Source: Desulfosoma sp. (lineage in GTDB: Bacteria > Desulfobacterota > Syntrophobacteria > Syntrophobacterales > DSM-9756). Taken from it: a stretch of 64,000 bases of DNA. Position 1 is the stretch's first letter. Each line of letters opens with the position of its first letter. The notes beneath the pieces are model-generated. The model was not told the origin of the DNA. It saw only the letters and a list, made by a program, of their open reading frames with translations, and did no database searches. Shown in pieces: positions 29,066 through 38,662 of this stretch. Location: contig JBBFKW010000002.1 in NCBI GenBank assembly GCA_037481835.1, positions 96,001-160,000 of the forward strand, given 5' to 3'. Both the position numbers and the translations under genes were made by a program.

Positions 29066-29133
29066 GATCGCTCCTCGAAAAAAGGCGACTTTCAGGGGCC
29101 TCATTCACTCCGGGGCCATTGAAAGCTTCCCAT

Positions 29134-29171
29134 GTGACGCGATCGTGACCCTACCGTGAAAATCCAGTGAC
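29134..29171 (-). promoter_or_regulatory. Pho-box-like array upstream of the phn operon
   Basis: On + strand GTGAC (29134), GTGAC (29145), GTGAA (29156), GTGAC (29167), i.e. GTCAC repeats on the minus strand with 11-bp period. Confidence 0.78.
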
Positions 29172-29387
29172 AGGGCTTCGGGATGAAGAGGTGTTCCAGG
29201 GGCGGCCTGAGGGGCGGGACGGTAGGAATTCATGGGAGGCGGGAAGCCGGCGGGGGTTTTTCGCCCCACGAGGCTCCCCGCGGTGATGGGTAACGCCGCC
29301 GCCCGATGTCCGGGGTGACGCCCGAAGGCCGCGGTCCCGGAAGGGACCGCGCCTGTGCCGGACCGGCCGAGCCTTCCGGCGTTTTCT

Positions 29388-29681
29388 TTAGGGTTCGCAG
29401 TAAATGGGCTCGCCCATTTCCTTAAACGAAAAATTGTAAAAAACGTTGTGTCCGTTGTAGTCCAGGACCCGCAGGTCGTCTGTTTGGTTCAGATCGCCCA
29501 GCACGATGTTGAACTGGAGGCCGTACTTCTGTTTCACCGATTCCAGAGGCAGTTCCCGGGCGATAAATTTCTTGATCCCCTTATTGTTGAGTTTTTCGAT
29601 GAATTTCGGGTCTTGGAACGACTCGTAGCTCGTGAGGACCAAGATGGGCCCCGTACCTGTAAAGATGATTCCGGCTTTCAT
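29388..29681 (-). CDS. Small hypothetical cytosolic protein (97 aa)
   Basis: Strong RBS AAGGAGG; globular composition; GIKKFIA and DLRVLDYNGH look like conserved blocks. Confidence 0.75.
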   Translation of the reverse strand: MKAGIIFTGTGPILVLTSYESFQDPKFIEKLNNKGIKKFIARELPLESVKQKYGLQFNIVLGDLNQTDDLRVLDYNGHNVFYNFSFKEMGEPIYCEP

Positions 29682-29916
29682 GGCGCTTCCTCCTTTTGGG
29701 GAGGTGTGGATCCTTCCGTCCGCACCTGATCAAGGGTGGCGGCCCCTCCCCCGGGATAAGCCATGAGGACATTTGAGGATTGACAACGCACAAAAAGATG
29801 TGGAAAAGGTCGCCCGTCCCGCGGAATATCCCGTGGGGGTTTGATCATTCATAACCCCGAACTCATTTGTCCGGCAAGGTCTTGACAGGTCCCACGAAGT
29901 CCATGGGGAGGCGTCT

Positions 29917-30249
29917 ATGAAGCAATATGTCATCGATCAACTGAGGGAGTCGGACTACGACCGCATCCGGGACTACCTGGTCAATCATGCGGAATCGGCG
30001 GCCATGGAAGGTATTTACTACGTGGACCTCCCTGACACCCTGTACACGGACCTCCAAAAGTCCCACGACCGCTGCCAGCCGTACTACTTTGCGGTGAACC
30101 TCACGAGAAAGCAGGTGGGCTTCGAGTGGCTCATCCGCAGCCGAAACACGCTTCGGTGCGCCTGCATCGGCTACGCCACTCAGGAACAGCGGGACTACAT
30201 CATCGATTACGCCGACGGGATTCTGGACCTGTTGCGGATCAAGCTTTAA
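29917..30249 (+). CDS. Hypothetical protein (110 aa)
   Basis: RBS GGAGG; typical codon usage; RCACIGYAT motif. Confidence 0.75.
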   Translation: MKQYVIDQLRESDYDRIRDYLVNHAESAAMEGIYYVDLPDTLYTDLQKSHDRCQPYYFAVNLTRKQVGFEWLIRSRNTLRCACIGYATQEQRDYIIDYADGILDLLRIKL

Positions 30250-30279
30250 AAAACCCCGCCTGCTCGCAAGGGTCCTTGG

Positions 30280-31203
30280 GTGGAAGGCTTTGACGCAGAC
30301 TCCGCACCTTATCTCCTGCCGACGGAACACCCGTGGGAGGCTCTTTCGCCCATTCCCCTAAAGGGTCGAAGGGTTCTTGCCGTCGCGGGAAGCGGCGACA
30401 TTCCCTTGTTGTTCGCGTCCCGGGATCCGGCGTCCCTTGAAGTGGTGGACGTGTCTCGAAGGGCCTGCTTTCTCGCGGAGCTGAAAAGAGCGGCCTACAG
30501 GCATCTTCCAAGGCGGGAGTTTCTGCGGTTTTTCTTCGCCGACGCGGTTCCTTCGGTTTATCTTCTGGATAATGCCAAGGAGACCTCCACCCCGGAGCCT
30601 CCCGGGAGATTGGTGCTCTACCGAACCCTGAGGCCCGATTTGACGTCTGAGGCCCAGGGCTTCTTCGATGCCTTCTTGACCGCCCAGGGCGAACAAACCA
30701 ATCCCTTCGCCCAATTCTTGAGGCCGACTGACGTCTTCCATGGGAGCCTTTTCCCGCCCTTGGTCCGTGAAGAAGCTTACCGGACCTGGGCGTACGGCGC
30801 ACGCCGGCCCTTTCCCATTCATTGCCGAGCCCTCGAAGATTTCTTGGCCGAGACGCCCTCGTGCTTTGATTTCATCTATACTTCCAACGTCTTCGAGTAC
30901 CTCCGCGCCCGTTACGTCGTCGAAGCTTCCGCGTCCGTTTTCCGGGCCTCCATGCGCTCTTTTTGGGAATCCCTGCATCGCGTCCTCTCGCCGGGGGGGC
31001 GGGTGGTTTTTTACCTGTGCCAGGGGCAGGAGACGGCCCTTTTTCCGCGGTTGCTTAAAGAACTCGCCCCGCCGCGTTCCATGAGGTATAAGAGACACCT
31101 CGTGCCGGTCATCCTTCGGCCCCCGGCGCTTCCCGGGACCGTGTGGCGCCACGTTGTCGTTTTCTTTGAGAAGGCATCTTCTAAAACACGAGAGGCTCGA
31201 TGA
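30280..31203 (+). CDS. DUF3419/BtaA-like SAM-dependent transferase
   Basis: VLAVAGSGD....P..LEVVD...LAELK.AA...L...EF..FF and FDFIYTSNVFEY. Confidence 0.6.
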   Translation: MEGFDADSAPYLLPTEHPWEALSPIPLKGRRVLAVAGSGDIPLLFASRDPASLEVVDVSRRACFLAELKRAAYRHLPRREFLRFFFADAVPSVYLLDNAKETSTPEPPGRLVLYRTLRPDLTSEAQGFFDAFLTAQGEQTNPFAQFLRPTDVFHGSLFPPLVREEAYRTWAYGARRPFPIHCRALEDFLAETPSCFDFIYTSNVFEYLRARYVVEASASVFRASMRSFWESLHRVLSPGGRVVFYLCQGQETALFPRLLKELAPPRSMRYKRHLVPVILRPPALPGTVWRHVVVFFEKASSKTREAR

Positions 31204-31697
31204 GTCGACAGCGTAAAGACCTAATGCTGGAAGCCTTCGTCGGCGAGGCTCGGGCCCATTTTCGACTCCTTTTTTACGCCGAAAAGGCCGACGAGGAAGG
31301 CTATCCCCAGATCGCCCGCCTCTTTCGGGCCATCGCCGAAGGGGAACGGATCCATGCCCGAAACCACGCCTCTCTCTTGGAATCCGTGGGATCGACGGAA
31401 GAAAACCTCCAGGCGGCGTTTCAATCGGAGTCTTTTGTGAACCAGGTGGCCTACCCCAATCTCCTGAAGGAAGCCTGGGCCTTGGATGACAAGGCCGCCA
31501 TTTGGTTCCTCACATCGGCCCGAAACGCCGAGGAGCGTCATGCCAAGCTCTACAAAATGGCCCTCCAGGACATGGTGGCCGATCGCATGACCCTCTACAC
31601 CGTATGCGGCAACTGCGGCTGGGTGGAAGAAGGCGGCCCGCCGCAGAAGTGCCCCAACTGCGGAAGAGATCGAGAGGCGTTTCGAGAGGTGTCCTGA
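31200..31697 (+). CDS. Rubrerythrin-family protein
   Basis: AF.GE, A.EEGYPQIARLFRA, two ExxH motifs, C-terminal CGNCG...CPNC. Confidence 0.9.
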   Translation: MSRQRKDLMLEAFVGEARAHFRLLFYAEKADEEGYPQIARLFRAIAEGERIHARNHASLLESVGSTEENLQAAFQSESFVNQVAYPNLLKEAWALDDKAAIWFLTSARNAEERHAKLYKMALQDMVADRMTLYTVCGNCGWVEEGGPPQKCPNCGRDREAFREVS

Positions 31698-31747
31698 GGA
31701 TTTCCGCCGAGCTTCCTTCCTTGCCCAGAAAGGAATACGAGAGCCGT

Positions 31748-32572
31748 ATGAGTCCATTTCAGCCGGGAGAATTGGTGCTGCTCACGTCCCAGAAGGGGAA
31801 AACCTGGCTCGTGCGGGCCGGGGCCGGATCTTTTTCTTCCCACTTGGGCACCGTGGATCTTCAGGATGTGGTGGGCCGGGAAGAAGGGGAGTTTCTGGAA
31901 ACCACGCAAGGGGCCAAGGTCTTTCTCTTTCGGCCGTCTCTCGGGGATTACATCCACAAACTCAAACGGCGCACCCAGGTCATCTACCCCAAGGACATCG
32001 GAGCCTTCCTCGTTTACGGCGACATCCGCCCGGGAGACGTGGTCCTGGAATCCGGCGTCGGGTCCGGAGCCCTCACCTTGGCGCTTCTTCGAGCCGTAGG
32101 CCCTACGGGGCGTGTCGTTTCCGTGGAAATCCGCCCGGAATTTGCCGAACTGGCTAAGAAAAACATCGAGGTTTTCTTTGGAAAGAACCCGGACAACCAC
32201 ACCCTTGTGGTGGGAGACATCACGGCCTCTCCCGTGGCGCTCCACGCCGACCGCGTGGTCTTGGATCTTCCCGAACCGTGGAACGCCGTGGGGGCCGTCT
32301 CGGCGTGCCTTCGAACCGGAGGGCTCCTCGTGTCCTTGAGTCCCCAGGTGGGCCAGGTCCAAATGGTGTGCCAGGAACTGAAACGGCACGGCTACGCCAA
32401 TGTGACGACCTTTGAGTTGCTCAAGCGCAACTGGAAAATCGACCCGCGCCGGGCCAGGCCCGAAGACCGGATGATCGGTCATACGGGCTTTATCACCGTG
32501 GCGAAGAAGATTGCCCGCACGTCGGAGGAGGTTCCGACGATCCGAGATCCTGAAGCCCCCCTGCCGTCGTAA
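31748..32572 (+). CDS. trmI: tRNA (adenine58-N1)-methyltransferase
   Basis: TQVIYPKD, ESGVGSGALT, LDLPEPW, RP..RMIGHTGF. Confidence 0.93.
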   Translation: MSPFQPGELVLLTSQKGKTWLVRAGAGSFSSHLGTVDLQDVVGREEGEFLETTQGAKVFLFRPSLGDYIHKLKRRTQVIYPKDIGAFLVYGDIRPGDVVLESGVGSGALTLALLRAVGPTGRVVSVEIRPEFAELAKKNIEVFFGKNPDNHTLVVGDITASPVALHADRVVLDLPEPWNAVGAVSACLRTGGLLVSLSPQVGQVQMVCQELKRHGYANVTTFELLKRNWKIDPRRARPEDRMIGHTGFITVAKKIARTSEEVPTIRDPEAPLPS

Positions 32573-32696
32573 AGCCGCACCCGCCGGAACAGCCGGAACA
32601 GTGAGTGGTCTCGCCCCGAAACGTCTTCATGAAGTGACGGACGACCACGAGGACGCCCACGAGTATGCAGACTCCCACAAGAAGATGCTGCCACAT
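32493..32696 (-). CDS. FeoB-associated Cys-rich membrane protein
   Basis: N-terminal TM helix then CSGCSGGC; directly downstream of feoB. Confidence 0.8.
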   Translation of the reverse strand: MWQHLLVGVCILVGVLVVVRHFMKTFRGETTHCSGCSGGCGFTTAGGLQDLGSSEPPPTCGQSSSPR

Positions 32697-32729
32697 GGAA
32701 AGAATTCCTTTCTCTGAACCTGCTTGCCT

Positions 32730-34961
32730 CTAGCCCAGGCCCAAGAGCCGACCGCCTTGATAGACGGCGGTTGCGGCCAAAAAGGCCACCGTCGTGTTGA
32801 ACGCCATGGAAAAGAGCCCCCATTTCCAAGACCCCGATTCCTTGATGATGCACGTCACGGTGACGAAACACGGCGAATAGAGCATGATGAACACCATGGC
32901 GGCGAAAGCGACCAAGGGATTCCAGTGGGGGTCTTGACGCAACCTCTGGCTGAGCGTCGTGCTTTCCCCGGCATCCAGTTCCCCTAGAGAATAGGCCGTG
33001 CCCAAGGTGGAAATGATGACTTCCTTGGCGGCAAATCCACCCACCAGGGCCACGTTGGTCCGCCAGTCGAACCCGCACCAGCGGGTGACCCTTTCCAGTG
33101 CGGTGCCGATCCTGCCGGCAAAGGATGAGCGAAGGGCTGCCGTCGCTTCGTCCCGGGCGATTTCCTTGAGGCGGCGGCGGGCTTCCTCTACGGCGGTGCC
33201 GGCGGCCTGGTCTGTTTCCAGCAAGGATCGATCGTCCGGGGACAGGGATTCCATGACGGCTTGCCGCGCCGCCTGAAAGCGGGTTTTTTCTTCCGCGGAC
33301 AGGCCCGGATAGGTCATGAGGGCCCACAGCAGGACGGATATGGCCACGATGATCGTCCCGGCCTTGCGCACGTACTGCCAGATCCTCTCCCACGTGTGAA
33401 TCATCAATCCCTTGAAGGTGGGAATGCGATACGGGGGAAGCTCCAAAAGAAACGGGCTGCTGGGCCCTCGAAGGATCGTCACCCGAATCACTTTGGCCAG
33501 CACAAGGGCGAAAACCCACGCCAAAAGGGTCAGCAGGAAAAGCATCTGCGCCCGTTTTTCCGCGAAGAAGGCTGCAATCAGCATGGCCAGCACCGGCACC
33601 TTGGCGCCGCAGTTCATGAACGGGGCCGTAAGCAGCGTCGCCAGCCTTTCCCGGGACGTCCGAAGGGTCCTCGTGGCCATGACGCCCGGCACAGCGCACC
33701 CGCCTGCGATGCCGCCGGAGATGATGAATGCCATGAAGGAATTGCCATGCAGGCCGAAGATGCGAAACACCCGGTCCAGCATGTAGGCGGCTCGAGCCAA
33801 GTAGCCCGTGTCCTCCAAGAAGGCGATGGCCAAGAACATGAAGAAGATCAGCGGCACAAAGCCCATGACCCCGCCCACGCCGTCGATAATGCCGGAGACC
33901 ACGAGAGAGCGCAGCGGCCCTTCCGGCAGAACCCCTTCGGCCCAGCGGCTCAGGGCGGCGAAAGCGGCTTCGAACCACTGCACGGGAAGCTCGCTGTAGG
34001 TGAAAGTGATTTCGTAAACCCCGTACAGCACGGCCACCATGACGATGGGGCCGAAGAATCGGTTGGTGAGCACCCGATCGATCTGATCCGAGAGGTGGAG
34101 CCGGTTGCCTTTGAAACGCTGCTCCAAAACACCGTCCTTGAGCAGTGCCGCGATAAAACCGTAGCGGTGGTCGGCGATGATGGCTTCCGGGTAACTATCC
34201 AGCGTCTTTTGAATATGCTCGGTCACCTTGGCGGCCATGGTCTCCAGCATTTGGGAGACCCCGGGGTCCTTCTCCCGCCCCTTTTTTTTGACCTGCTCGT
34301 CTTCTTCCAGGTATTTCAAAGCCGTCCAGCGGGCGGGGTAGAGGTCCGTGAGGAATCCCGATTCTTCGATGATCTTTTCCATGTCCGCAAGGACCGGGTC
34401 CACATCGGGCCCGTAGGAAATGCGCAACGGCTGCCAATGCCTCTCAGAGCGGGCAAGATCCACGGCCGCCCGAATGACGGCGTCCTTGCCTTCCCCGCGC
34501 CGTGCCACCGTGGGCACCACGGGCACCCCCAACCGCTTGGAAAGTTCCTCGGCGTTGATGCGAACCCCGCGTCCTTCCGCCACATCGATCATATTGAGCG
34601 CCACCACCACGGGAACACCCAGTTCCAACAGCTGCAGCGTCAGGTAGAGGTTGCGGTCCAGGTTGGACGCATCCACAATGTTGATAACCACTTCCGGGCG
34701 CTCGTGGACCAGGAAGTCCCTCGCGACCAGCTCTTCCAGGGAATAGGCCGTGAGGGAATAGGTTCCCGGCAGATCCACCAAACGGATCTGCCGTCCGTTG
34801 AGAGCGTACAGCCCTTCTTTCTTTTCCACCGTAATGCCGGGATAGTTGCCCACATGCTGGCGCGCACCCGTGATGGCGTTGAAAAGGGTCGTTTTGCCGC
34901 AGTTGGGATTGCCCGCCAGGGCGAAAAGATGCTCGCGGGTCTCTTGAGAGGTTCGGGTCAC
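32730..34961 (-). CDS. feoB: Ferrous iron transporter B
   Basis: GNPNCGKT, VGNYPG.TVE, DLPG, NMID; gate and TM motifs. Confidence 0.97.
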   Translation of the reverse strand: MTRTSQETREHLFALAGNPNCGKTTLFNAITGARQHVGNYPGITVEKKEGLYALNGRQIRLVDLPGTYSLTAYSLEELVARDFLVHERPEVVINIVDASNLDRNLYLTLQLLELGVPVVVALNMIDVAEGRGVRINAEELSKRLGVPVVPTVARRGEGKDAVIRAAVDLARSERHWQPLRISYGPDVDPVLADMEKIIEESGFLTDLYPARWTALKYLEEDEQVKKKGREKDPGVSQMLETMAAKVTEHIQKTLDSYPEAIIADHRYGFIAALLKDGVLEQRFKGNRLHLSDQIDRVLTNRFFGPIVMVAVLYGVYEITFTYSELPVQWFEAAFAALSRWAEGVLPEGPLRSLVVSGIIDGVGGVMGFVPLIFFMFLAIAFLEDTGYLARAAYMLDRVFRIFGLHGNSFMAFIISGGIAGGCAVPGVMATRTLRTSRERLATLLTAPFMNCGAKVPVLAMLIAAFFAEKRAQMLFLLTLLAWVFALVLAKVIRVTILRGPSSPFLLELPPYRIPTFKGLMIHTWERIWQYVRKAGTIIVAISVLLWALMTYPGLSAEEKTRFQAARQAVMESLSPDDRSLLETDQAAGTAVEEARRRLKEIARDEATAALRSSFAGRIGTALERVTRWCGFDWRTNVALVGGFAAKEVIISTLGTAYSLGELDAGESTTLSQRLRQDPHWNPLVAFAAMVFIMLYSPCFVTVTCIIKESGSWKWGLFSMAFNTTVAFLAATAVYQGGRLLGLG

Positions 34962-35200
34962 GGGGATTCCTCCACGTCCACGAAAATGTGATCCGCTTCA
35001 TTGTTGCGCAAAGTGAGCGTAAATTGACGCACGCGAACGGCGACCGGATCCTTGAGGGGCGCTCTTCCCTGGACCTGGATGGGCGTTCCCGGCACAAGCC
35101 CCATGTCGCGGATGCGCCGGCCCAGCTCGCCGGTGGCCGTCACCTTCACAATGACTCCGCGCTGCTTCGGTTCCATGTGTCGCAAAAGCACTGTCGGCAT
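34958..35200 (-). CDS. feoA: Ferrous iron transport protein A
   Basis: RIRDMGLVPG, APLKDP, LTLRNNEA. Confidence 0.92.
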   Translation of the reverse strand: MPTVLLRHMEPKQRGVIVKVTATGELGRRIRDMGLVPGTPIQVQGRAPLKDPVAVRVRQFTLTLRNNEADHIFVDVEESP

Positions 35201-35215
35201 AAAGCGCCTCGATGA

Positions 35216-35229
35216 TTAGGGGGCGCTAA
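35216..35229. promoter_or_regulatory. DtxR/MntR-like palindromic operator (internal, before feoA)
   Basis: TTAGGGGGCGCTAA followed by CTTT; same layout as 35629-35642. Confidence 0.45.
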
Positions 35230-35302
35230 CTTTAGAGACATGAAAAGAGCGGCCCATATGGCCGCTCCGAAAGACAACCTTCACCGAACAGGTCGGCGTC
35301 GA

Positions 35303-35599
35303 TCACGCCGATTGGCCGCACACCAGGATCTTGTTGCTCACCCCGACTCCGAGACTCAAGGTGCTCCCGTGCACCTTGATGAGGCACGGGCGGTCGCATC
35401 CGGCACACAGCACCTCCACTTCGGCTCCCGGGTAAATGCCGAGGGCGGCCATGCGCGCGCACAAGTTCCGTCCCCCTTCGATGCGCTGGACGAGGAGTTT
35501 TCGTCCCGCCGGCGCTTGAGACAAAGGAACGACCGACTCCCGGCAACCATTGTCCGTTCTGCATGGAGAAAAACATCGCATCATGGGCCACCACCTCAT
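35303..35599 (-). CDS. feoA: Second FeoA protein (start uncertain)
   Basis: RMAALGIYPG.EVEV, LSLG.G...KILV. Confidence 0.82.
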   Translation of the reverse strand: MRWWPMMRCFSPCRTDNGCRESVVPLSQAPAGRKLLVQRIEGGRNLCARMAALGIYPGAEVEVLCAGCDRPCLIKVHGSTLSLGVGVSNKILVCGQSA

Positions 35600-35628
35600 C
35601 GTGCCGCTCCTTTGGCATTGGACGGATA

Positions 35629-35658
35629 TTAGTTAAGCCAAACTTTTCCCCCTGTCAA
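35629..35658 (-). promoter_or_regulatory. feo promoter region with DtxR/MntR-like operator
   Basis: TTGACA on the minus strand (35653-35658); TTAGTTAAGCCAAA (35629-35642) covers the expected -10 position. Confidence 0.5.
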
Positions 35659-35941
35659 GGGGAATCCTCCGTTCACGGAGCCTTCTCCTTTCTAGTCGGC
35701 CGATTTTCAGAATTTCCTGATACCCTTGAGCGCTCAGTTCCTGAAGCCCTGGTGGGCCGCTTGAGTTGCTCGTCTTTTGGAGCGCAGTGGCCGATGATCG
35801 CTCATCTTGCCGCGATGGACACCTCTCGCCCCATGCCCAGGGGACCTTGGCGGCTTTCTTTTCGTTCGAGAAGCGTGATAGAGACAATCCCTGGAAAAGG
35901 ACCGGCGAGATCGGGACGGCTCAAAGGGGGATGATTTTCCC

Positions 35942-37912
35942 ATGACACATGAAACGCCTTCCGGACGCCGACGGGGTATCGAGCTCCGGCGTGGCCTTGA
36001 AGCGGCGCAGGACGGCGACTGGAAAACCATAGGGCGCTTGCTGTGCGACATGACAAGGATTCCCCTGGCACATGTCCCCGGCGATGTGTTGGAATTTCTA
36101 TTTGATCTTATTTTTTGGTGCTACGGAACGACCCCTTGCCTCGACTCCTGTGGGCTGGGTTCGAAAACGCCGGAGGCGGAAGGATCGGGATTTCCCGCTC
36201 CCTTCTTGCTGGCGAAGATCCAAAAGGCTCTCTCGGCCCTCCCGACCTTCCTGCAAACGAAAACGTACCCTTTGACCGGGGTGGCCGCTTTGGGAATTCC
36301 GGTGCCGAGGCCTTTTCGGAAATCCCCGGGGCGCTCTGTGTGGAGGCGCCGTTTTCGAATCCTTCGGCGTCGCCTTCTGGAAAATCCTGGGGCCGAACCA
36401 AGGCGAAACGGTCTTCCGAAGAAAGATGAGCAGTTCTTTGCGCCCGTGACCTTAAGCGATCTTTCGAGGTTGTGGCAGCCGGGTCCCGGAAGGGGATGTC
36501 TCCCGTTTCGCCCCGGGCGCTTTCTCAAGATCGGCCGTTGTCTCGCCCCTCCTGTGCGCCGGTCCGCATCTTGTCAAAGCCCTTTTTTCCCGGCATCGGA
36601 TAGGGCCCCGAAGGGTCCGGCAGGGTTCCGGCGTGGACGTGCGCGCCAGAGGTCCGCCGTGGAATTCTGGGGCGGACTCGGTGCGGGCGCCGTGCGGTTC
36701 CTGGAAGAACTCGTTGATGCCGTTGCGGAAGAGCTGCGGGCCGTACGGCGTCTGGCCGAGGCGGTGAGTCGTGCGCGGCGCCGGGTGGTTTTGAGCCTTC
36801 ACAATGCGGCCTCAGCCGCATGCAGCGGCTGGGCTTTTCAAGACATGGTCCGCCAATTCGGGCAGAGGCGAACGGCGGAGCTTTTCTTTAAGAATGTCAA
36901 GGACCGGCTGAGCGTCCCCCTCCTTTCCGAAAGGGTTCCCTCCAGCGAACCGATGCTTCAAAGACTTTGGGCGGCATGGCAGGATCGGCTGATCAGGCCG
37001 AAAGCTCTCCATGGTCTGTGGGACGCGTGGAGCCGCTCCGTTCTGGGTGGGCCTAATGAGCTTGATGCGGCGGCACGGGCGTTTGAAGATCTTTTTCCCA
37101 TGACGCCCGCTGTTGTCATGGCTGAGACCGCGCCGCTGGCCTGGTCGGGATGGCTCAGCCCTCAGCAGCAGTTTTCGTGGCGGATTGTGGAGGCCTGGCG
37201 GCGGGAAAAGAAGGCGCTTTGGGTGCCGGGATTCCGATGCCTCAAAGCCCTTCTTCAGGAAGCCCAGCAGAGGCTGGACGCGGGAGACGCGGACGCTCTC
37301 GTGGTTCCATGGATCGACAAGTTCTTCATCTCATCCAAGAGGGAAGGGGACCTGGACTATCTGCGCATGCTTTTGGACTGGCTGCGCATGGAAGGGCTTT
37401 CTCCTCTCGTCCTCTTCTGGGAAGACACGACGCGGGGACACGATCCCACCTTGGCCGTGGCCCTGAGAAGCCGATGGGCGGCCTCGCAGTTCATGGGCTT
37501 CGGCGTTTTCGGCGATGGAACGTGGACACGGCGCGACGCCGAGGGTATTTTGACAAGGACGGCCGAACCGGGCTGCCTCTATGTGCTGAGGCCTCTCGAC
37601 GACACGCACCGGCCTCTGTCCGTGGAAGCCGTGCTCCATGGGCGTGCGGATCGGAGGGATTTTTTTGCCATGTACGATTCGTCGTGGAAGGACGGCACCT
37701 ACGCCTTTTATGCAGGCACCCAGGTGGCCCCGCTGACATCCATCGCCACGGAACCGGAAAAGATTCCTCCCTGGGTGATGGTGCGTGGGGTTCGGCGAGC
37801 TCTGGGATGGTATTTTCGCCTCGCCATCAGACAGCGGGCCCTTGGAGGCGACGACGAGCCAATTCGGCCTCCGGCGATCCGGCTTTACGAGCGGTTTGCC
37901 AATCTCCTCTAG
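35942..37912 (+). CDS. Large hypothetical protein (656 aa)
   Basis: Long ORF filling the gap between feo and pcm; ordered-looking C-half; no family recognised; start uncertain. Confidence 0.65.
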   Translation: MTHETPSGRRRGIELRRGLEAAQDGDWKTIGRLLCDMTRIPLAHVPGDVLEFLFDLIFWCYGTTPCLDSCGLGSKTPEAEGSGFPAPFLLAKIQKALSALPTFLQTKTYPLTGVAALGIPVPRPFRKSPGRSVWRRRFRILRRRLLENPGAEPRRNGLPKKDEQFFAPVTLSDLSRLWQPGPGRGCLPFRPGRFLKIGRCLAPPVRRSASCQSPFFPASDRAPKGPAGFRRGRARQRSAVEFWGGLGAGAVRFLEELVDAVAEELRAVRRLAEAVSRARRRVVLSLHNAASAACSGWAFQDMVRQFGQRRTAELFFKNVKDRLSVPLLSERVPSSEPMLQRLWAAWQDRLIRPKALHGLWDAWSRSVLGGPNELDAAARAFEDLFPMTPAVVMAETAPLAWSGWLSPQQQFSWRIVEAWRREKKALWVPGFRCLKALLQEAQQRLDAGDADALVVPWIDKFFISSKREGDLDYLRMLLDWLRMEGLSPLVLFWEDTTRGHDPTLAVALRSRWAASQFMGFGVFGDGTWTRRDAEGILTRTAEPGCLYVLRPLDDTHRPLSVEAVLHGRADRRDFFAMYDSSWKDGTYAFYAGTQVAPLTSIATEPEKIPPWVMVRGVRRALGWYFRLAIRQRALGGDDEPIRPPAIRLYERFANLL

Positions 37913-37997
37913 GGCGGGAAAAAGGAATTGACTTTATTTTCAAATAGTTCTAAGCGTTACAGTGAGTTGGATTCCCAAACCCGATGCGTACGGCGTG

Positions 37998-38645
37998 ATG
38001 AACAACAATTTCCAAAAAGCCCGTGACAAGATGGTGGACACCCAGCTGGTCACGCGGGGGATTTACGATCCTCGGGTGCTGGCGGCCATGCGCAAGGTGC
38101 CCAGGCATCTTTTCGTCAGCGAAGCGTTGCAATCTCAGGCCTATGCGGATCATCCGCTGCCCATCGGCGACAAGCAGACCATCAGCCAACCCTACATCGT
38201 GGCGCTCATGACCGAGGCGCTCCAACTCAAGGGGCATGAAAAGGTCCTGGAAATCGGCACGGGCTCGGGCTATCAGACGGCCATCCTGGCGGAACTGGCC
38301 GATCGGGTTTTCAGCATCGAGCGACTTCCCGGGCTGTTGCACAGGGCACGCCACGTCTTGGAAAAGCTGGGCTACCGCAACGTGATTCTCAAGGTCGGGG
38401 ACGGCACCATGGGCTGGCCGGAAGAGGCGCCTTTCGACGCCATTTTGGTGTCGGCTGGAGCACCCAAGGTGCCGCAGCCCTTGGTAGACCAGTTGGCCAT
38501 GGGAGGCCGCCTTGTCCTTCCTGTGGGAGACCGGCTGAGTCAGGATTTGGTGCTCGTGGAGCGGGTGCCGGAGGGGATTCGCAAGAGCAGTCTAGGTGGG
38601 TGCCGTTTTGTGGATCTCATTGGCAAGTGGGGCTGGGAAGAGTAA
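37998..38645 (+). CDS. pcm: Protein-L-isoaspartate O-methyltransferase
   Basis: [36 protein letters not shown]. Confidence 0.96.
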   Translation: MNNNFQKARDKMVDTQLVTRGIYDPRVLAAMRKVPRHLFVSEALQSQAYADHPLPIGDKQTISQPYIVALMTEALQLKGHEKVLEIGTGSGYQTAILAELADRVFSIERLPGLLHRARHVLEKLGYRNVILKVGDGTMGWPEEAPFDAILVSAGAPKVPQPLVDQLAMGGRLVLPVGDRLSQDLVLVERVPEGIRKSSLGGCRFVDLIGKWGWEE

Positions 38646-38662
38646 ACGGCGAAGGACGCACC

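Noticed and set aside
32493..32572. Convergent 3' overlaps (trmI/Feo-associated 80 bp; also cbiK/QueG-like and DUF1850-like/TPR, 40 bp each)
   Set aside because: They involve only unconserved-looking tails and are common in GC-rich genomes; no sign of a dedicated function.
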